This document shows positions 1-11,506 of a stretch of 64,000 nucleotides of DNA, in pieces (the first letter of the stretch is position 1; each line of letters starts with the position of its first letter). Under the pieces are notes generated by a model. That model saw only the letters and a list, made by a program, of their open reading frames with translations, searched no databases and was not told where the DNA came from. Made by a program: the position numbers and the translations under genes. This DNA comes from an uncultured Planctomycetota bacterium (GTDB lineage Bacteria; Planctomycetota; Planctomycetia; Isosphaerales; Isosphaeraceae). The stretch lies in NCBI GenBank assembly GCA_963823665.1, contig CAWGMQ010000005.1:480001-544000 (forward strand), written 5' to 3'.

Positions 1-2
1 GG

Positions 3-269
3 GGCGAGGTACGTCGTCGCGACATCCTGGCACTGAGCCAGACGAGCCCGAGCGAGGCCGCCAGTCTGCGTGAACAAACGGGATTGTTGACCGGGACATT
101 GGCGAGTCTTCCCCCGTCGGAAGCCGAGGTTCTCTGGCTGCATCACGCGGAGGGTCTTTCGTTCTCGACGATCAGCGAGCGGCTGGGTCTGAGCCGCAAG
201 CGGATTCGTGTGATCTGGGCCAGAGGGCTGCGATCGGTGAGGCGGTCGATGGGCGGACAGGCGACTTGA
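3..269 (+). CDS. ECF sigma-70 factor, C-terminal (region 4) part; 5'-truncated by window edge
   Basis: Frame open from base 3: ...[14 protein letters not shown]...[44 protein letters not shown], a sigma region-4 HTH; directly upstream of a kinase. Confidence 0.8.
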   Translation, partial: GEVRRRDILALSQTSPSEAASLREQTGLLTGTLASLPPSEAEVLWLHHAEGLSFSTISERLGLSRKRIRVIWARGLRSVRRSMGGQAT

Positions 270-330
270 GACCGAGTATCATGAAGTATGGCGTCGCCCA
301 CGAGACAAGGCTTCGAAGAGATCCACGGCC

Positions 331-3300
331 ATGATTGCCAAGACTGTTTGCCCTCGATGCGGGTCGGAACGGCTCGCGAACGCGCCCGAGGGACACTGTC
401 CGCGGTGTCTGCTGAGCCTGGGCTTTCTGGCTGAGATAGAGCGGGGGATGGGCCAAGGTTCCAGCGCGCGAATCTTCTCCCCGCGAAGGCACGCCGGAGA
501 AAGCGGTCAGAAGTCGAAGTCACAGGGATCGAGCTCGAGCGCGAGGTTATCGGGGATCCTTGCGACGCTCGAGGATTCCGTCGGGCCGGTGCCGCGGGTG
601 CTCTTGAGGGAGGGAGTCCGCGGCGAAGAGAGGCCGGTCCGGCCGCATTCGGACGAGATGCTTCATCTGGCCAGGGACGCTGGTCGTTATCACTTGATGG
701 GGGAGATAGCCCGGGGGGGAATGGGGGTGGTGCTGAAGGGTCGTGACGAAGATCTCGGGCGCGACCTGGCGGTGAAGGTGCTGCTGGAGAAGCATCGAGA
801 TAACCCCGAGCTGGTGCGCCGATTCGTCGAGGAAGCCCAGATCGGCGGTCAGCTTCAGCACCCGGGGATCGTCCCGGTCTATGAGCTAGGTCAGCTTCCG
901 GATGATCGGCTCTACATTGCGATGAAGCTGCTTCGGGGCCGCACTCTGGCGGCGCTTCTGGAAGCTCGCAAAGATCCGGCGGAAGACCGATCACGATTCC
1001 TGAGTATCTTCGAGCATGTGTGCCAGACAATGGCTTATGCCCATAGCTGCGGTGTGATTCATCGGGATTTGAAGCCGTCGAATGTGATGGCGGGAAGCTT
1101 CGGCGAAGTGCAGGTGATGGATTGGGGTTTGGCCAAAGTGCTCGAAGAAGGCGGCGTGGCGGATGATGCTCGGGCCGTCCGCAGCCCAACGGAGAAGCGA
1201 GCGATCCGCACGTTGCGGACCGGGTCGGAGGCTGGCGAATCACACGCTGGTTCCGTGCTCGGAACGCCCGCCTACATGGCGCCCGAGCAAGCTCGCGGGG
1301 CTCTGGGGACGGTGGACGAGCGTGCGGACGTATTCGGGCTGGGGTCGATTCTCTGCGAGATCTTGACGGGCCAGCCGGTGTATGCCGATGCGACCGGGAC
1401 CGATTTGCCGGAGATGGCCGAGCGCGGCGACGTTGCGGATGCGCTTTCGCGCCTGGACGCTTGCGGAGCCGACGAGGAGCTGGTGGCGCTGGCGCGGAGG
1501 TGTCTGGCGGCGGCTCCCAGGGATCGACCGCGCGACGCGGCGGCGATCGTCACAGCTTTGTCGGCATACCAAGCGGGCGTGCAGCAGCGGCTCAAGACTG
1601 CCGAGGTGGCGAAGGCGCGGGCCGAGGCGCGGGCAATCGAAGAGCGGAAGCGCCGTGTGCTCGCGATCGGGCTGGCGGTAGCGGTTCTGTTGATCGCGAC
1701 GCTCGTCGGAGGGGGCTGGTCGTGGCTGGCGCGCGATCGAGCGGCGCGCACGGACGAGACGAACCGGGTGGTCAACGAGGCATTGCATGCCGGTGCGCTC
1801 AAGCTGGGCCAGGCGCGGTCGGACCCGGGGAACCCGATGTTGTGGGTTGAGGCGTACGAGGCCGCGAGTCGAGCACGGGCGGTCTTGCCGGCTGGCGAGG
1901 GTTGCCCCGACCTTCATCATCGTGTCGGATCGCTGCTGGAAACCGTAACCCGGGAGCGCAACGATGCTGAGTTGCTGAGAAGAGACCGGCGGGTGGTTGA
2001 GCGTCTCGCAGAAATCCACAACGATCTTGGTGTGCATCTGGACGGAGAGAGAGCTGATGCCGAGTATGCCGCAGCCTTCCGCAACTACGGCGTCGATATT
2101 GACGCGCTCGATCCGGTCCAGGCAGGTCGCCTGCTTGCCGAAAGCCCCGTCGCCATTGAGCTAGCGAATGCTCTCGATCAGTGGACTTTTATCCGACGCT
2201 CGCCGGCTACGCGCGACCTGACGGGCGCGCAGAGGCTTTCTGCCGTTGCGCGCGAGGCTGATAGAGACCCATGGAGGACGCGGCTTCGTGAGACGCTTGA
2301 TCTGATGGTCACTGATCGGAGTCGCGCACTCGAGGAGCTATCGCGACTGGCCGCGACGGCTGACGCCGGCCAGCTACCTGACGCGAGCGTTACGCGGCTG
2401 GCGTTTGCGCTATCCTCCCTGGGAAGCCACGAGACTGCCATCTGCCTTCTGAGACGAAGCCAACGAGCGCATCCTGACGATTTCTGGCTCAACATGGACC
2501 TGGGCCGCGAACTTTCGATGACCGGCCAGCATGAGGAAGCAGGCCGATTTTTCCTGGCGGCTGTGGCGATCCGGCCAAGAAGCAGTTTCGCACACGGGAG
2601 CCTGGCGATGGCTCTCGAGAAGAGCGGCCGGTTCCAGGAAGCGGCTGACACTTTGCGCCAGGACATACTAAAGCGACCGGAAGAGCCACATCCTCGCGTG
2701 AAGCTTGGCACTCTCCTGGTGAGAATGGGTGACACTCGCTCCGCCGAGGAGCAGTTCCTCGCAGCGAAGCGCTTGAAGCCGGATGATTGGTTCGTCCGCA
2801 ATGAGATTGCCAGCGCATTCCTGAATCGCGGCCATTATGATCTCGCGCTCAGAGAGTTTCGCGAAGCTGCCGGTTGTGAGGCAATAAGAGGCTCCGCGCA
2901 CGAGGCGCTGGGCAGGATTCTGCTCGACATGGGCCGGCTCGACGAAGCTGTTGCGGCGCTTGGCACCGCGGTTGAAATCGATCCAGGATCCGCGCAACCA
3001 CACATCAGTTTGGGCCGGGCACTCATGGCCAAGGGCGATTTCGAGGCAGCCATTTCAGCCTTCCGAGGGAGCCAGCGGGGCTCCCCGGCACCGCTGCACC
3101 GCCGTTCCGCCGCCGAGATGATTCGCGAAGCAGAGCGGATGCTCGCGCTTGAGGCGCGCCTCCCCGCGCTCGTCCGGAGAGAAGAACATCCAGCGACGGG
3201 TTCTGAACGAATCCGGCTGGCGCGCCTCTGCCAGATGAAACACCTCTTTGCGACCTCGGCGCAGCTCTGGGACGAGCTTTTCAGTGCGGAGCCGAGACTT

Positions 3301-3645
3301 GCCATCGAGCCGAGCTCCGGAAATCGATACACGGCCGCGTGCGCAGCAGCACGTGCAGCATGCGGTGAAAGCAAGGAAAGCCCACCACCGGACGGCGCCG
3401 CGCGAGAGCAATTGCGCCGGAAAGCCCGCGAATGGCTTGAAGCCGAACTCGCCGCCGTCACCGAGTCGATGGAGAAAGGAACGCCTCGAGAGCGATCCTC
3501 AGGTCTATCTCGACTGGGTCGCTGGCTGGTCGCGAGCCAGCTCGACGGCGTGCGCGATCAAGCGAAGCTACTGGTACTCTCCGAGACCGAGCGTCGCGAC
3601 TGGAAGGCATTCTGGATCAAGGTGGATCGAGTAGTAAACAACTGA
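331..3645 (+). CDS. Membrane Ser/Thr protein kinase with N-terminal CPRC..CPRC motif and C-terminal TPR repeats
   Basis: [35 protein letters not shown] motifs; TM segment near aa 445-465; TPR-like repeats. Confidence 0.93.
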   Translation: MIAKTVCPRCGSERLANAPEGHCPRCLLSLGFLAEIERGMGQGSSARIFSPRRHAGESGQKSKSQGSSSSARLSGILATLEDSVGPVPRVLLREGVRGEERPVRPHSDEMLHLARDAGRYHLMGEIARGGMGVVLKGRDEDLGRDLAVKVLLEKHRDNPELVRRFVEEAQIGGQLQHPGIVPVYELGQLPDDRLYIAMKLLRGRTLAALLEARKDPAEDRSRFLSIFEHVCQTMAYAHSCGVIHRDLKPSNVMAGSFGEVQVMDWGLAKVLEEGGVADDARAVRSPTEKRAIRTLRTGSEAGESHAGSVLGTPAYMAPEQARGALGTVDERADVFGLGSILCEILTGQPVYADATGTDLPEMAERGDVADALSRLDACGADEELVALARRCLAAAPRDRPRDAAAIVTALSAYQAGVQQRLKTAEVAKARAEARAIEERKRRVLAIGLAVAVLLIATLVGGGWSWLARDRAARTDETNRVVNEALHAGALKLGQARSDPGNPMLWVEAYEAASRARAVLPAGEGCPDLHHRVGSLLETVTRERNDAELLRRDRRVVERLAEIHNDLGVHLDGERADAEYAAAFRNYGVDIDALDPVQAGRLLAESPVAIELANALDQWTFIRRSPATRDLTGAQRLSAVAREADRDPWRTRLRETLDLMVTDRSRALEELSRLAATADAGQLPDASVTRLAFALSSLGSHETAICLLRRSQRAHPDDFWLNMDLGRELSMTGQHEEAGRFFLAAVAIRPRSSFAHGSLAMALEKSGRFQEAADTLRQDILKRPEEPHPRVKLGTLLVRMGDTRSAEEQFLAAKRLKPDDWFVRNEIASAFLNRGHYDLALREFREAAGCEAIRGSAHEALGRILLDMGRLDEAVAALGTAVEIDPGSAQPHISLGRALMAKGDFEAAISAFRGSQRGSPAPLHRRSAAEMIREAERMLALEARLPALVRREEHPATGSERIRLARLCQMKHLFATSAQLWDELFSAEPRLAIEPSSGNRYTAACAAARAACGESKESPPPDGAAREQLRRKAREWLEAELAAVTESMEKGTPRERSSGLSRLGRWLVASQLDGVRDQAKLLVLSETERRDWKAFWIKVDRVVNN

Positions 3646-3653
3646 CTATAAAA

Positions 3654-5333
3654 TCAATTACGCGACCGTTGTCTCTCGGAAGACGTCGAGAGCCCGTATC
3701 GGTAACGGACGTAATCGATCAGGATTTTTTGATACATTGGGCCGCCCGGTAAAGCGCCATACATGCGACCTGTGGTCGTGCTCCAGCAGTGCATACCGAA
3801 GGCGCCGATTTCTGAACCAAGGCTCGCCTTGACGTCGGCAAGCTCGGACATGAACCAGGGCTCACTCGAGTGACCGCGGAAGCCGAGCCGCACGTGAGAT
3901 TCGTCGACGCACTGGATGAGCATCGACACCGGCTTGGCGGCCAGGATTGGCTCGGGAACCTCGCGCGGAAAACGGATCGCCAGCGAACCCCCCCGAAAGG
4001 GCCGGTGCTTCCTTTCCTTGGGCAAGTTTTCAACGCCCGGGGTCCACATCCCTAGATTCTTGCCATTCTTGTCCAGGACGACGAAATTCATCCAGTAATT
4101 CCACGGGATCGTATCGTCCGGCGCGATGAAGCTCGTTTCTATTTCCCAGGGCGGCGGATAGTGCGCGAGCGTGAGGCTCGAGCCGCCTGCGGGCCCAAAC
4201 CCAGTGCCCAGGCCCGGCCCGAGCAGCTTGAGCATCAAGTATCCCGGATGAGAATGTGTGTCCATCTGAGTGCATTGTTCCTGCACCTGCCATCGGCCGA
4301 GGTAGCCCATGATGTTGAATTCGTCAGAAAACGCCACGAATGGCCTGGGCTCCGCGCCGAAGAATACACAGTAGTCAACGTAATACTCGTATCTGGGGTC
4401 AGGAGGAAGTGGTTTGGGGGCCACCACGGGAGTCATTGTTTGACTGTAGTGATCCGGGTCTCCCGCGCCGAGCATGAGCGGGTGCGGCCCCTTGACCTGC
4501 GGGAGATTTCGGCACAGTATATCGGGTATCCATCGGTCGCCCGAGATGATGGGCCCGATCTCCCAGACGCCCGTGATCCTGCCGAAATCGGAACAATCAA
4601 TTTCCCGCATGTTCCAGCCGTGAGATGCGTCAAACTTGATGCCGACAGCCAGACGAGTCGGGCTCTTGAGCACGCAGCGGAAAAAGAGTTGTGGGCTGGC
4701 TGGCCCCGCGTACTTGGCGCCGTCGCCGATCCACACATAGGGGATTCGCCAGTCGCCCATGACCGTGTGCCCCAGGTCCCCGCGGCCCCAGACGAGATAT
4801 GTCTCGGGATGTGGCTCCGAAGAGAATTGCGGCAGTCCAACGCCGGCTTCGCCGGTGCATCCGAGGTGCACGACCAGAAGCTGGAACTCGTGAGTTCGTG
4901 GCGGTCGCTTGCCGCGGTCCCTGGGCCATTCCGCTTCGTCCGCAAACGTCAGCACGACGTTCATGCCGATGGCCGAGTTGACTTGCGTCTTCGCGCCTAC
5001 ACCCGCTGTGAGGTTGAAGCTTTGAACGAGCGATGTCTGGAATTCCCATGGCAGTGGATAGGCTCCGATCCGGATCGGATCCTTGAGAATTCCTTTCACG
5101 TCCCGCCCATGGCCGGCCTCGTAGATGGTTGCCAGCCCGGGATGCTCTTCCGTCGAGAACTCCTTGATGTTCTCCTTGGGAACGAAGACCCACGGCAAAG
5201 TGTCATGCCCCGGCCTGTTGAAATGCTGGTCGAGTGCGGAAATATCGTCCACCGCGCCCGCAAGAGGGGCTAGACCGGCGACCAGGGCGACGCTCAGGAG
5301 ACCCGGCCAAAACACTCGATTGTTGAAACTCAT
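3654..5333 (-). CDS. Secreted hypothetical protein with two tandem beta-rich (lectin/jelly-roll-like) halves
   Basis: Signal peptide (LLSVALVAGLAPLAGA); internally repeated motifs HPG..., PWE.(Q/E)TS, (V/I)DY; starts immediately after the secDF stop. Confidence 0.7.
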   Translation of the reverse strand: MSFNNRVFWPGLLSVALVAGLAPLAGAVDDISALDQHFNRPGHDTLPWVFVPKENIKEFSTEEHPGLATIYEAGHGRDVKGILKDPIRIGAYPLPWEFQTSLVQSFNLTAGVGAKTQVNSAIGMNVVLTFADEAEWPRDRGKRPPRTHEFQLLVVHLGCTGEAGVGLPQFSSEPHPETYLVWGRGDLGHTVMGDWRIPYVWIGDGAKYAGPASPQLFFRCVLKSPTRLAVGIKFDASHGWNMREIDCSDFGRITGVWEIGPIISGDRWIPDILCRNLPQVKGPHPLMLGAGDPDHYSQTMTPVVAPKPLPPDPRYEYYVDYCVFFGAEPRPFVAFSDEFNIMGYLGRWQVQEQCTQMDTHSHPGYLMLKLLGPGLGTGFGPAGGSSLTLAHYPPPWEIETSFIAPDDTIPWNYWMNFVVLDKNGKNLGMWTPGVENLPKERKHRPFRGGSLAIRFPREVPEPILAAKPVSMLIQCVDESHVRLGFRGHSSEPWFMSELADVKASLGSEIGAFGMHCWSTTTGRMYGALPGGPMYQKILIDYVRYRYGLSTSSERQRSRN

Positions 5334-8300
5334 TTATCGCGATGCCGTTGCTCTCGCCGCGGCCAGTTGTTTGCTGCTGCCTCCCCTGACCGCACTCGGC
5401 TTCGTCCGGACCCAGTCGATCAGGATCGGCGTGGCGATGTAGACCGTACTGTATGTTCCACTCAAAAAGCCGACGACAAGCGCGAAGGCAAACCCGTGCA
5501 GTCCCTCGCCGCCGAAAAAGAAGAGGATCACGACGACCAGCCACGCCGTGAACGAAGTCAGGATCGTTCGGCTCAACGTCTGGTTGAGGGCGTCATTGAC
5601 CATTTTGTCCGTCAAAACCGGTGTCTTGCCCTTGATCTCGCGGATGCGGTCAAAGATCACGATCGTGTCATTGACCGAGAATCCGATCAAAGTCAGAAAG
5701 GCAGCGACGATGGGCAGGTCGATCTTGAACTGATCGATCTGAAGGACGCTGCTCACGTAGGGTACTTGAGCGAGCCAGTAGCTGATCGCGATTGCACCCA
5801 ACGTGATGAGGACGTCGTGGACCACGGCCAGGACTGCCGCCAGACCGTACGTGAAGGAGTGGAACCGCCACCACAGGTAGGCGATGATGATCAACCAGCT
5901 CGCGATCGTGGCGATCAGCGCCAGAGTCCGCGTCTCACCCGCGACCGTGCCGTCGAATCGTGTGATCCGCTCGAACAGCAGATCGGGGTTTTTTGCCAGG
6001 TTGTCCTTGAGTGTCGCCAGCATGGTTTTGGCATTTTCGGGCTCGAGGTCGGTGCGCAAGAACAACTTGCTTCCCCCGCCAGTGGCCGCGCCCTCGATTC
6101 CTGAACGGTCGACATCGCTGACAATCTCAAATCGCGACGTTGGGTTCACGATGTTGGCGCTCTCGAGAACTCTGGCGAATGCGGCCGAGATCACCTTCGC
6201 GGGGCCTTCCGTGCTGTTGAACGCGGTTGTGTTGAATGTCAGTTCGTACTCGCGCCCGCCGGCAAAACGGCCGACCGGCGCCTGGGCGGTCTTCGCCGCA
6301 TCGGCTGACGGAGCAGCGCCGGCAACCGGCTTACCCTCGCTCGCAGTCATCTCCACTCGAGCGAGACTCGGGCCGAACGCGGTCAGGATCTCGTTTTTGA
6401 CGTGGTCGAGATCTTGGTCCGTCGTACGAATGTTGAACCGCGCCACCTTCTTGTCGTCGCCCATGCGCAGGCTCTCGACTGTCGGGTCGGGCAGCTTGCG
6501 GGCCTTGTCGCGCACGAACGCCGCTCGCTCCGACTCGGAGAGCTTCTTCACGTTCGGGTCGTCCTCATTGAGACGAATCGTCACGAGGGTGCCCCCCGTG
6601 AAATCGATGTTGAACATGCCCTGCCACCGGTAGGCCGTTGCGAGCAGTCCCAGCACGATCAAGATCAGCGAGCCGGCCATGCAGTAATAGCGCGGGCCGA
6701 CAAAGTCGATGTTGGTCTTGTCCAGGATCTTGAGCATCGTGATCTTTTTCAGCCAGCCTTTGGTGTACGAGACCTCGAAGATCACGCGCGACATGAACAC
6801 GGCCGTGAACAGGTTCCACGCCATGCCGATCATCATCGTCAGCGCGAATCCCTTGACCTGCTCGGTGCCGACAATGTAGAGCACAAGTGCCGCCAGGAAG
6901 TTGGTGACGTGCGAGTCGAAAATCGTGACCCAGGCTCTGTTGAATCCATTGCGAATCTGCTGGGCCAGGCTGGCTCCGCGTTCTTTCTCCTCCCGCATTC
7001 GCTCGAATACGAGCACGTTGGCGTCCACCGCCATACCAATCGTGAGCGCAAGTCCCGCCAGCCCCGGCAGCGAGAACGTGGCCTGGATGAACGCCATCGA
7101 TCCGATCAGCAGGATCATGTTGACGAGCAGCGCCAGTACGGCGACGAAGCCCGCGAATCGATAGTAGATCACCATGAAAATCGGCACGGTCAAGAGCGAG
7201 ATCCAGATCGCGAACACGCCCTTGGCGATCGTGTCCTCACCCAGCGTCGGGCCGACTTTCTCTTCCTGCACGGGATTCGGGTTGAGGCTTGCCGGCAAGC
7301 TGCCCGCTCGCAAAACCTGTACGAGGTGCTCGACTTCCTTGGCCTTGAATCCCTGAGGGCCTCCTTCGATGATGCCCGAGTCTCGAATCTCGTTCTTGAG
7401 GTGCGGCGCCGACATCACCAGGTTGTCGAGCAAGATCGCAAGCTGGTACTGGAAGTTCCCACCTTCCTCGGGGCGATGCTCGTGCGTGAGCTGGCCGAAA
7501 CGCGAAGCTCCCCGCGCGTCAAACTCAAACCGAACGGCCGGCTGAAGGCCTTCGTCCACATCCGGCCTGACCTGTTTCAGATACTTGCCGGTCACCTCCC
7601 GGCCCGGTCGGTCCAGCACGCAAAGAATCCAGAGTTCCGTCCGCCCGTCAGCAACCTTCTCCTCGCGAATGATGACGTCAGATGGCCTCGGATTAACCGC
7701 ATCGCCCGCATGAATCTGGCTGGGGTTGTACTCGATCCGGTACGAATCAATCGACTTCAAATGGTGCGATTTATCCTTATCGAAGCTCAACGTATTGGTC
7801 GTGTTCCGCTTGACCTTGACGGCTTCCGACTTCTCATTTCCATTCGCGTCCTTCCCGGTCAGCACGACGTCCGTTCCCGCGTACAGGTCTTTCTTCCACT
7901 CCTGCCGCAGATCCGTGATTGATTGAGCGTCGAATCGAGGGTTGGTCCCCGTCGATGTTTCGCCGATCCGCGCCCATTTGTATCTCTGAGGCGGCCTGGC
8001 CAGCCCCCCGGGCCCAAGCGCCTGGTCTTTCTTGGCGACGTCTCTCTTGTGATTGGCGAGGATGCGGAACTCGAGCGAGCCCACATCCGTCAGCATCTTC
8101 TTGACTTCCTCAACCTCCTCATTGCTCGCTTGCGGCAAGATGATCTCGATCCGGTTCCCCCCCACGTTGCGAATCGGGATCTCTTTCACACCTTCCGGAT
8201 CGGCTCGCTTCTTGAGGGCCGAAATCAACTCTTCCATGTTCACGCTTCGATTGGTGTTGTCGCTGACCACCTCGTAAACCAGGATCGTTCCTCCCGAGAG

Positions 8301-8408
8301 GTCGATTCCCAGCTTCAGCCTCTCCTTGGGCGGCCACATGAAGTACAGCCCAAGCAAGGTGGCGCCGACGATCACGGCAATCTTCCACATGAAACGCTTC
8401 ATCGTCAT
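5334..8408 (-). CDS. secDF: Fused protein translocase subunit SecDF
   Basis: LGIDLSGG, TIGMAVDANVLVFERMREE (SecD) and IDFTGGT, GFSVNDTIVIFDRIRE (SecF) motifs. Confidence 0.97.
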   Translation of the reverse strand: MTMKRFMWKIAVIVGATLLGLYFMWPPKERLKLGIDLSGGTILVYEVVSDNTNRSVNMEELISALKKRADPEGVKEIPIRNVGGNRIEIILPQASNEEVEEVKKMLTDVGSLEFRILANHKRDVAKKDQALGPGGLARPPQRYKWARIGETSTGTNPRFDAQSITDLRQEWKKDLYAGTDVVLTGKDANGNEKSEAVKVKRNTTNTLSFDKDKSHHLKSIDSYRIEYNPSQIHAGDAVNPRPSDVIIREEKVADGRTELWILCVLDRPGREVTGKYLKQVRPDVDEGLQPAVRFEFDARGASRFGQLTHEHRPEEGGNFQYQLAILLDNLVMSAPHLKNEIRDSGIIEGGPQGFKAKEVEHLVQVLRAGSLPASLNPNPVQEEKVGPTLGEDTIAKGVFAIWISLLTVPIFMVIYYRFAGFVAVLALLVNMILLIGSMAFIQATFSLPGLAGLALTIGMAVDANVLVFERMREEKERGASLAQQIRNGFNRAWVTIFDSHVTNFLAALVLYIVGTEQVKGFALTMMIGMAWNLFTAVFMSRVIFEVSYTKGWLKKITMLKILDKTNIDFVGPRYYCMAGSLILIVLGLLATAYRWQGMFNIDFTGGTLVTIRLNEDDPNVKKLSESERAAFVRDKARKLPDPTVESLRMGDDKKVARFNIRTTDQDLDHVKNEILTAFGPSLARVEMTASEGKPVAGAAPSADAAKTAQAPVGRFAGGREYELTFNTTAFNSTEGPAKVISAAFARVLESANIVNPTSRFEIVSDVDRSGIEGAATGGGSKLFLRTDLEPENAKTMLATLKDNLAKNPDLLFERITRFDGTVAGETRTLALIATIASWLIIIAYLWWRFHSFTYGLAAVLAVVHDVLITLGAIAISYWLAQVPYVSSVLQIDQFKIDLPIVAAFLTLIGFSVNDTIVIFDRIREIKGKTPVLTDKMVNDALNQTLSRTILTSFTAWLVVVILFFFGGEGLHGFAFALVVGFLSGTYSTVYIATPILIDWVRTKPSAVRGGSSKQLAAARATASR

Positions 8409-8545
8409 TTCTCCGAGCCGTCACGTCTTTCCGGGTGTTCCCGACGACCGCTTGGCAGCTTTGTTTCCTGAATATGTTGTCCGCCCGCCGCCGGCTCGCT
8501 TTTTGAGCTCCAGCTCACACCGCGATCGGTCGGGGCACCCTTGGT

Positions 8546-8935
8546 TCAATTTGATTCGGGCGGCTTCTCAGAGGACTTATCGGATGACTTATCGGAGGAC
8601 GAGTCCAGAACCCGGGCGATGCTCGCGCGGGTGAACGCAAGCTTCACACCTCGCTCGTCATCGACCCGCAGCACAACCTTGTCGTGCGTCGCATCAATCG
8701 AAATTACCGTCGCGTACATCCCACCTGTCGTCAAAACCTTGTCGTTCTTCTTGACCGTGTCCAGCATCGATTTGCGCTTTTGCTCGGTTTGCTGCTGCGG
8801 TCGGATAAACAAAAAGTAGAACAACAACGGAATCGGCGCCAGCATGACAAAAGTCGACCAGAAGCTTCCGCCGTTCGCATCCTGCGCGAAGACGACCGGA
8901 AGTTGTGTCCACAGCTCACTCATCGAAAAATCCAT
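8546..8935 (-). CDS. yajC: Preprotein translocase subunit YajC
   Basis: LFYFLFIRPQQ...DKVLTTGGMYATV; lies between tgt and secDF; start approximate (8935 or 8923). Confidence 0.92.
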   Translation of the reverse strand: MDFSMSELWTQLPVVFAQDANGGSFWSTFVMLAPIPLLFYFLFIRPQQQTEQKRKSMLDTVKKNDKVLTTGGMYATVISIDATHDKVVLRVDDERGVKLAFTRASIARVLDSSSDKSSDKSSEKPPESN

Positions 8936-9053
8936 CCAAACAATGTGAAACCACCAGCCCCTTTTCCCACGCCAGCACAAAGCTCCGCTGCCGTCACCCG
9001 CCGCACCAACCGCCTCCCGCCAAACTGTGGCCCCGCACTCAGCACTCTAACGC

Positions 9054-10175
9054 TTAGGGTCCCAATGCTTCAAGGACTTCTAGACGCAACTGGACAAACC
9101 GATCCGCCGCAATCGCTTCTCGAATCCGCGAAGTGAGCCGATGAAGGTAACTCAAGTTGTGAATCGTCGCCAGAATCGGGCCGAGCATCTCCTTCGCCAG
9201 AAACAAGTGGCGCAGGTACGACCGGCTGAAGCTCCGGCAAGCAAGGCACTCGCAGCTCTCGTCGATTGGACCCGAGTCGCCTCGATGTGAAGCGTTGCGT
9301 AACCGTACGTATCCTTTGTCGGAGAAACAAGTTGCGTTTCGTCCGTTCCGCGTCGGCATCACGCAGTCGAAGAGATCGACCCCCGTCGCCACGGCGTCGA
9401 GAATATCCTGCGGCCTCCCCACGCCCATCAGGTAGCGCGCTCGGTCGTCCGGCAGGAGGTGTGTCGTGATCTGAAGCGCCTCTCGAACGAGGCTCGGGCC
9501 TTCGCCCACGCTCACTCCGCCAATCGCATAGCCGTCGAAATCCTGGGCAACAATGGCTTCGGCACAACTCGCGCGGAGATCGGCGTGCGGTCCGCCCTGA
9601 ACAATGCCAAAAAGAGCCTGATCAGCTCGCCGATGAGCCGCCTTGCATCGCGCAGCCCAGTCGACCGTTCGATTCACAGCCTCCGAGATCTCCTCCTTCG
9701 TCGCAGGAAGACGGGGACATTGGTCCAGGCACATCGCCACGTCAGCACCTAGCTTTTCCTGGATCGCCACAGCCCGCTCCGGCGTGAGCTCGAGGAGTCG
9801 TCCATCGACGTGTGATCGAAACGTCACTCCCGCGTCGGTCACCCGGCTCCGGTCCGAAAGACTGAATACCTGAAACCCACCGGAATCCGTGAGAATCGGC
9901 CCGCTCCAGCCCATGAACGAGTGCAAGCCCCCCAGCGCCGCCACCTCGGCCTCACCTGGCCGAAGCGCGAGATGATAAGTGTTCGCCAGCAGCATCTCGG
10001 TCCCGGTGTCGCGGATCTGGTCGGGCGTCAAACCCTTGACCGTCGCCTGCGTACCCACCGGCATGAACGCCGGCGTCGCCACAGACCCGTGCGGCGTCTC
10101 CAGCACCCCGGAGCGCGCCGCCGAATGCGAGTCCTGCTTGAGCATCCGGAACCAGACCGGCCGGCGAGAGATCAA
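9054..10175 (-). CDS. tgt: tRNA-guanine transglycosylase (queuine tRNA-ribosyltransferase)
   Basis: TPAFMPVGT, NTYHL, LTDSGGFQ, FDCVMPTR, C-x-C-x2-C Zn site; TTG start overlaps the upstream TGA. Confidence 0.96.
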   Translation of the reverse strand: MISRRPVWFRMLKQDSHSAARSGVLETPHGSVATPAFMPVGTQATVKGLTPDQIRDTGTEMLLANTYHLALRPGEAEVAALGGLHSFMGWSGPILTDSGGFQVFSLSDRSRVTDAGVTFRSHVDGRLLELTPERAVAIQEKLGADVAMCLDQCPRLPATKEEISEAVNRTVDWAARCKAAHRRADQALFGIVQGGPHADLRASCAEAIVAQDFDGYAIGGVSVGEGPSLVREALQITTHLLPDDRARYLMGVGRPQDILDAVATGVDLFDCVMPTRNGRNATCFSDKGYVRLRNASHRGDSGPIDESCECLACRSFSRSYLRHLFLAKEMLGPILATIHNLSYLHRLTSRIREAIAADRFVQLRLEVLEALGP

Positions 10176-11506
10176 TCGTTTTTGAGTTTCAAGTTGAGGG
10201 CCTGCAGCTTGTCGCGCACCTCGTTCAAGGACGTCACGCCGAAGTTCTTGCACTCCAGTAGCTCGTCGCCGGTGTGCTTCAAGATGTCGCCCACGGTCTG
10301 AATGTTGAGTTTACTCATGCACTTACGCGCGCGCACCGACAAGTTTAGATCGCCGATGGGCTTGTTGAGGATCGCCTGGAGCTCCGGCGGCACCTCCTGG
10401 GGCTGCTCGATCCGGTGATCGTGCGGCCCGCGCTCGCTCCCCTCCAGCGACATCCCCAGCCGCAAGCCCTTCGCGTGCATCATGTCCTTGATCTCGGCGA
10501 GCGACGTCTCGCCGAAGTTCTTGCTGGAAAGCAAGGCCGCTTCGGTCGTGCGCGTCAGATCACCAAGTGTCCGAATATTCATCTTCCGCAGACAGTTCCG
10601 GCTGCGCACCGACAGCTCGAAATCGGTAACCGGGATCTCGTGAAGCTGCTTGAGCACCGTATACCCGCGCTCCGCTTCTTCGTCGTAGTACATCCCCTTG
10701 CTGGCCTGGCAGTCCTTGACGAATAACCGCGCGCGCGGATGATTGGGCTCGTGAGCCAGGACGTGCCGGTAGCACTGCTCCGCGTCCCGGAACCGCATCT
10801 CGTCTTCGTAGAGAATTCCCAGGTTCACCCACGCCGCCAGCGGCACCGGCGGCCGGTCCGTGCACCGTTTGTAATACTCGAGCGCCAGGTCGTCGTTACC
10901 ATAAAGATCGTTGATATAAGCAAGCTCAAAAAGTGCTCCGTTGTGGTCCTTGTCGAGCTGCAGCGTTCTCTCGAACTCCGCGGAAGCTTCAATCATCTGC
11001 CCCGACGCCGAAAGCAGACAGCCCTGCTGAAAGTGGAATTCCGCCGATGAATCGCCCTGCTTCGCCATCGCCGCGAGAATCTTCCGGGCTTCATCCTCCT
11101 TGCCCGCGTGCCGCAGCGCCCCGGCACGATGCAGCTCGGAATTCTTCGCGTCGTATCCATGTTTGGCCGACGCCGCAAACGACGCCGCGGCCGCCTCATA
11201 TTGCTGCTGATTCTCCTGGGCAAGCCCGCGGAAATAACAAGCCATCCCCAGGTCGCCGGCCTTCTTCAAATGATCTAGCCCAGACTGATACCGGCCCAGA
11301 AGCACCTCGCCCACACCCAGCCGGAGATGCGTCTCCGGTTTCATGTCCTTCTTCTCCCGTTCCCGGATGTTCTGCACCGCCTCGCGGAGCGTCCGGTATC
11401 GTGAAGGATCCCGGTTCAGAAGCTCGCGCAGATCCCCAACCGCCGCCACGTCGAACGGTGTTCGGTCCATGATCGCTCGAACGTCGGTGGTCATCATCTC
11501 AGCCAT
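10172..11506 (-). CDS. TPR protein with two tandem RNA polymerase alpha C-terminal domains
   Basis: TPR repeats, then LSVRSRNCL...KNFGETSLAEI and LSVRARKCM...KNFGVTSLNEV; no alpha-NTD; GAGGAGG RBS before ATG at 11506. Confidence 0.9.
   Translation of the reverse strand: MAEMMTTDVRAIMDRTPFDVAAVGDLRELLNRDPSRYRTLREAVQNIREREKKDMKPETHLRLGVGEVLLGRYQSGLDHLKKAGDLGMACYFRGLAQENQQQYEAAAASFAASAKHGYDAKNSELHRAGALRHAGKEDEARKILAAMAKQGDSSAEFHFQQGCLLSASGQMIEASAEFERTLQLDKDHNGALFELAYINDLYGNDDLALEYYKRCTDRPPVPLAAWVNLGILYEDEMRFRDAEQCYRHVLAHEPNHPRARLFVKDCQASKGMYYDEEAERGYTVLKQLHEIPVTDFELSVRSRNCLRKMNIRTLGDLTRTTEAALLSSKNFGETSLAEIKDMMHAKGLRLGMSLEGSERGPHDHRIEQPQEVPPELQAILNKPIGDLNLSVRARKCMSKLNIQTVGDILKHTGDELLECKNFGVTSLNEVRDKLQALNLKLKND

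Noticed and set aside
10172..11506. rpoA
   Set aside because: Lacks the alpha N-terminal domain and ribosomal-operon context
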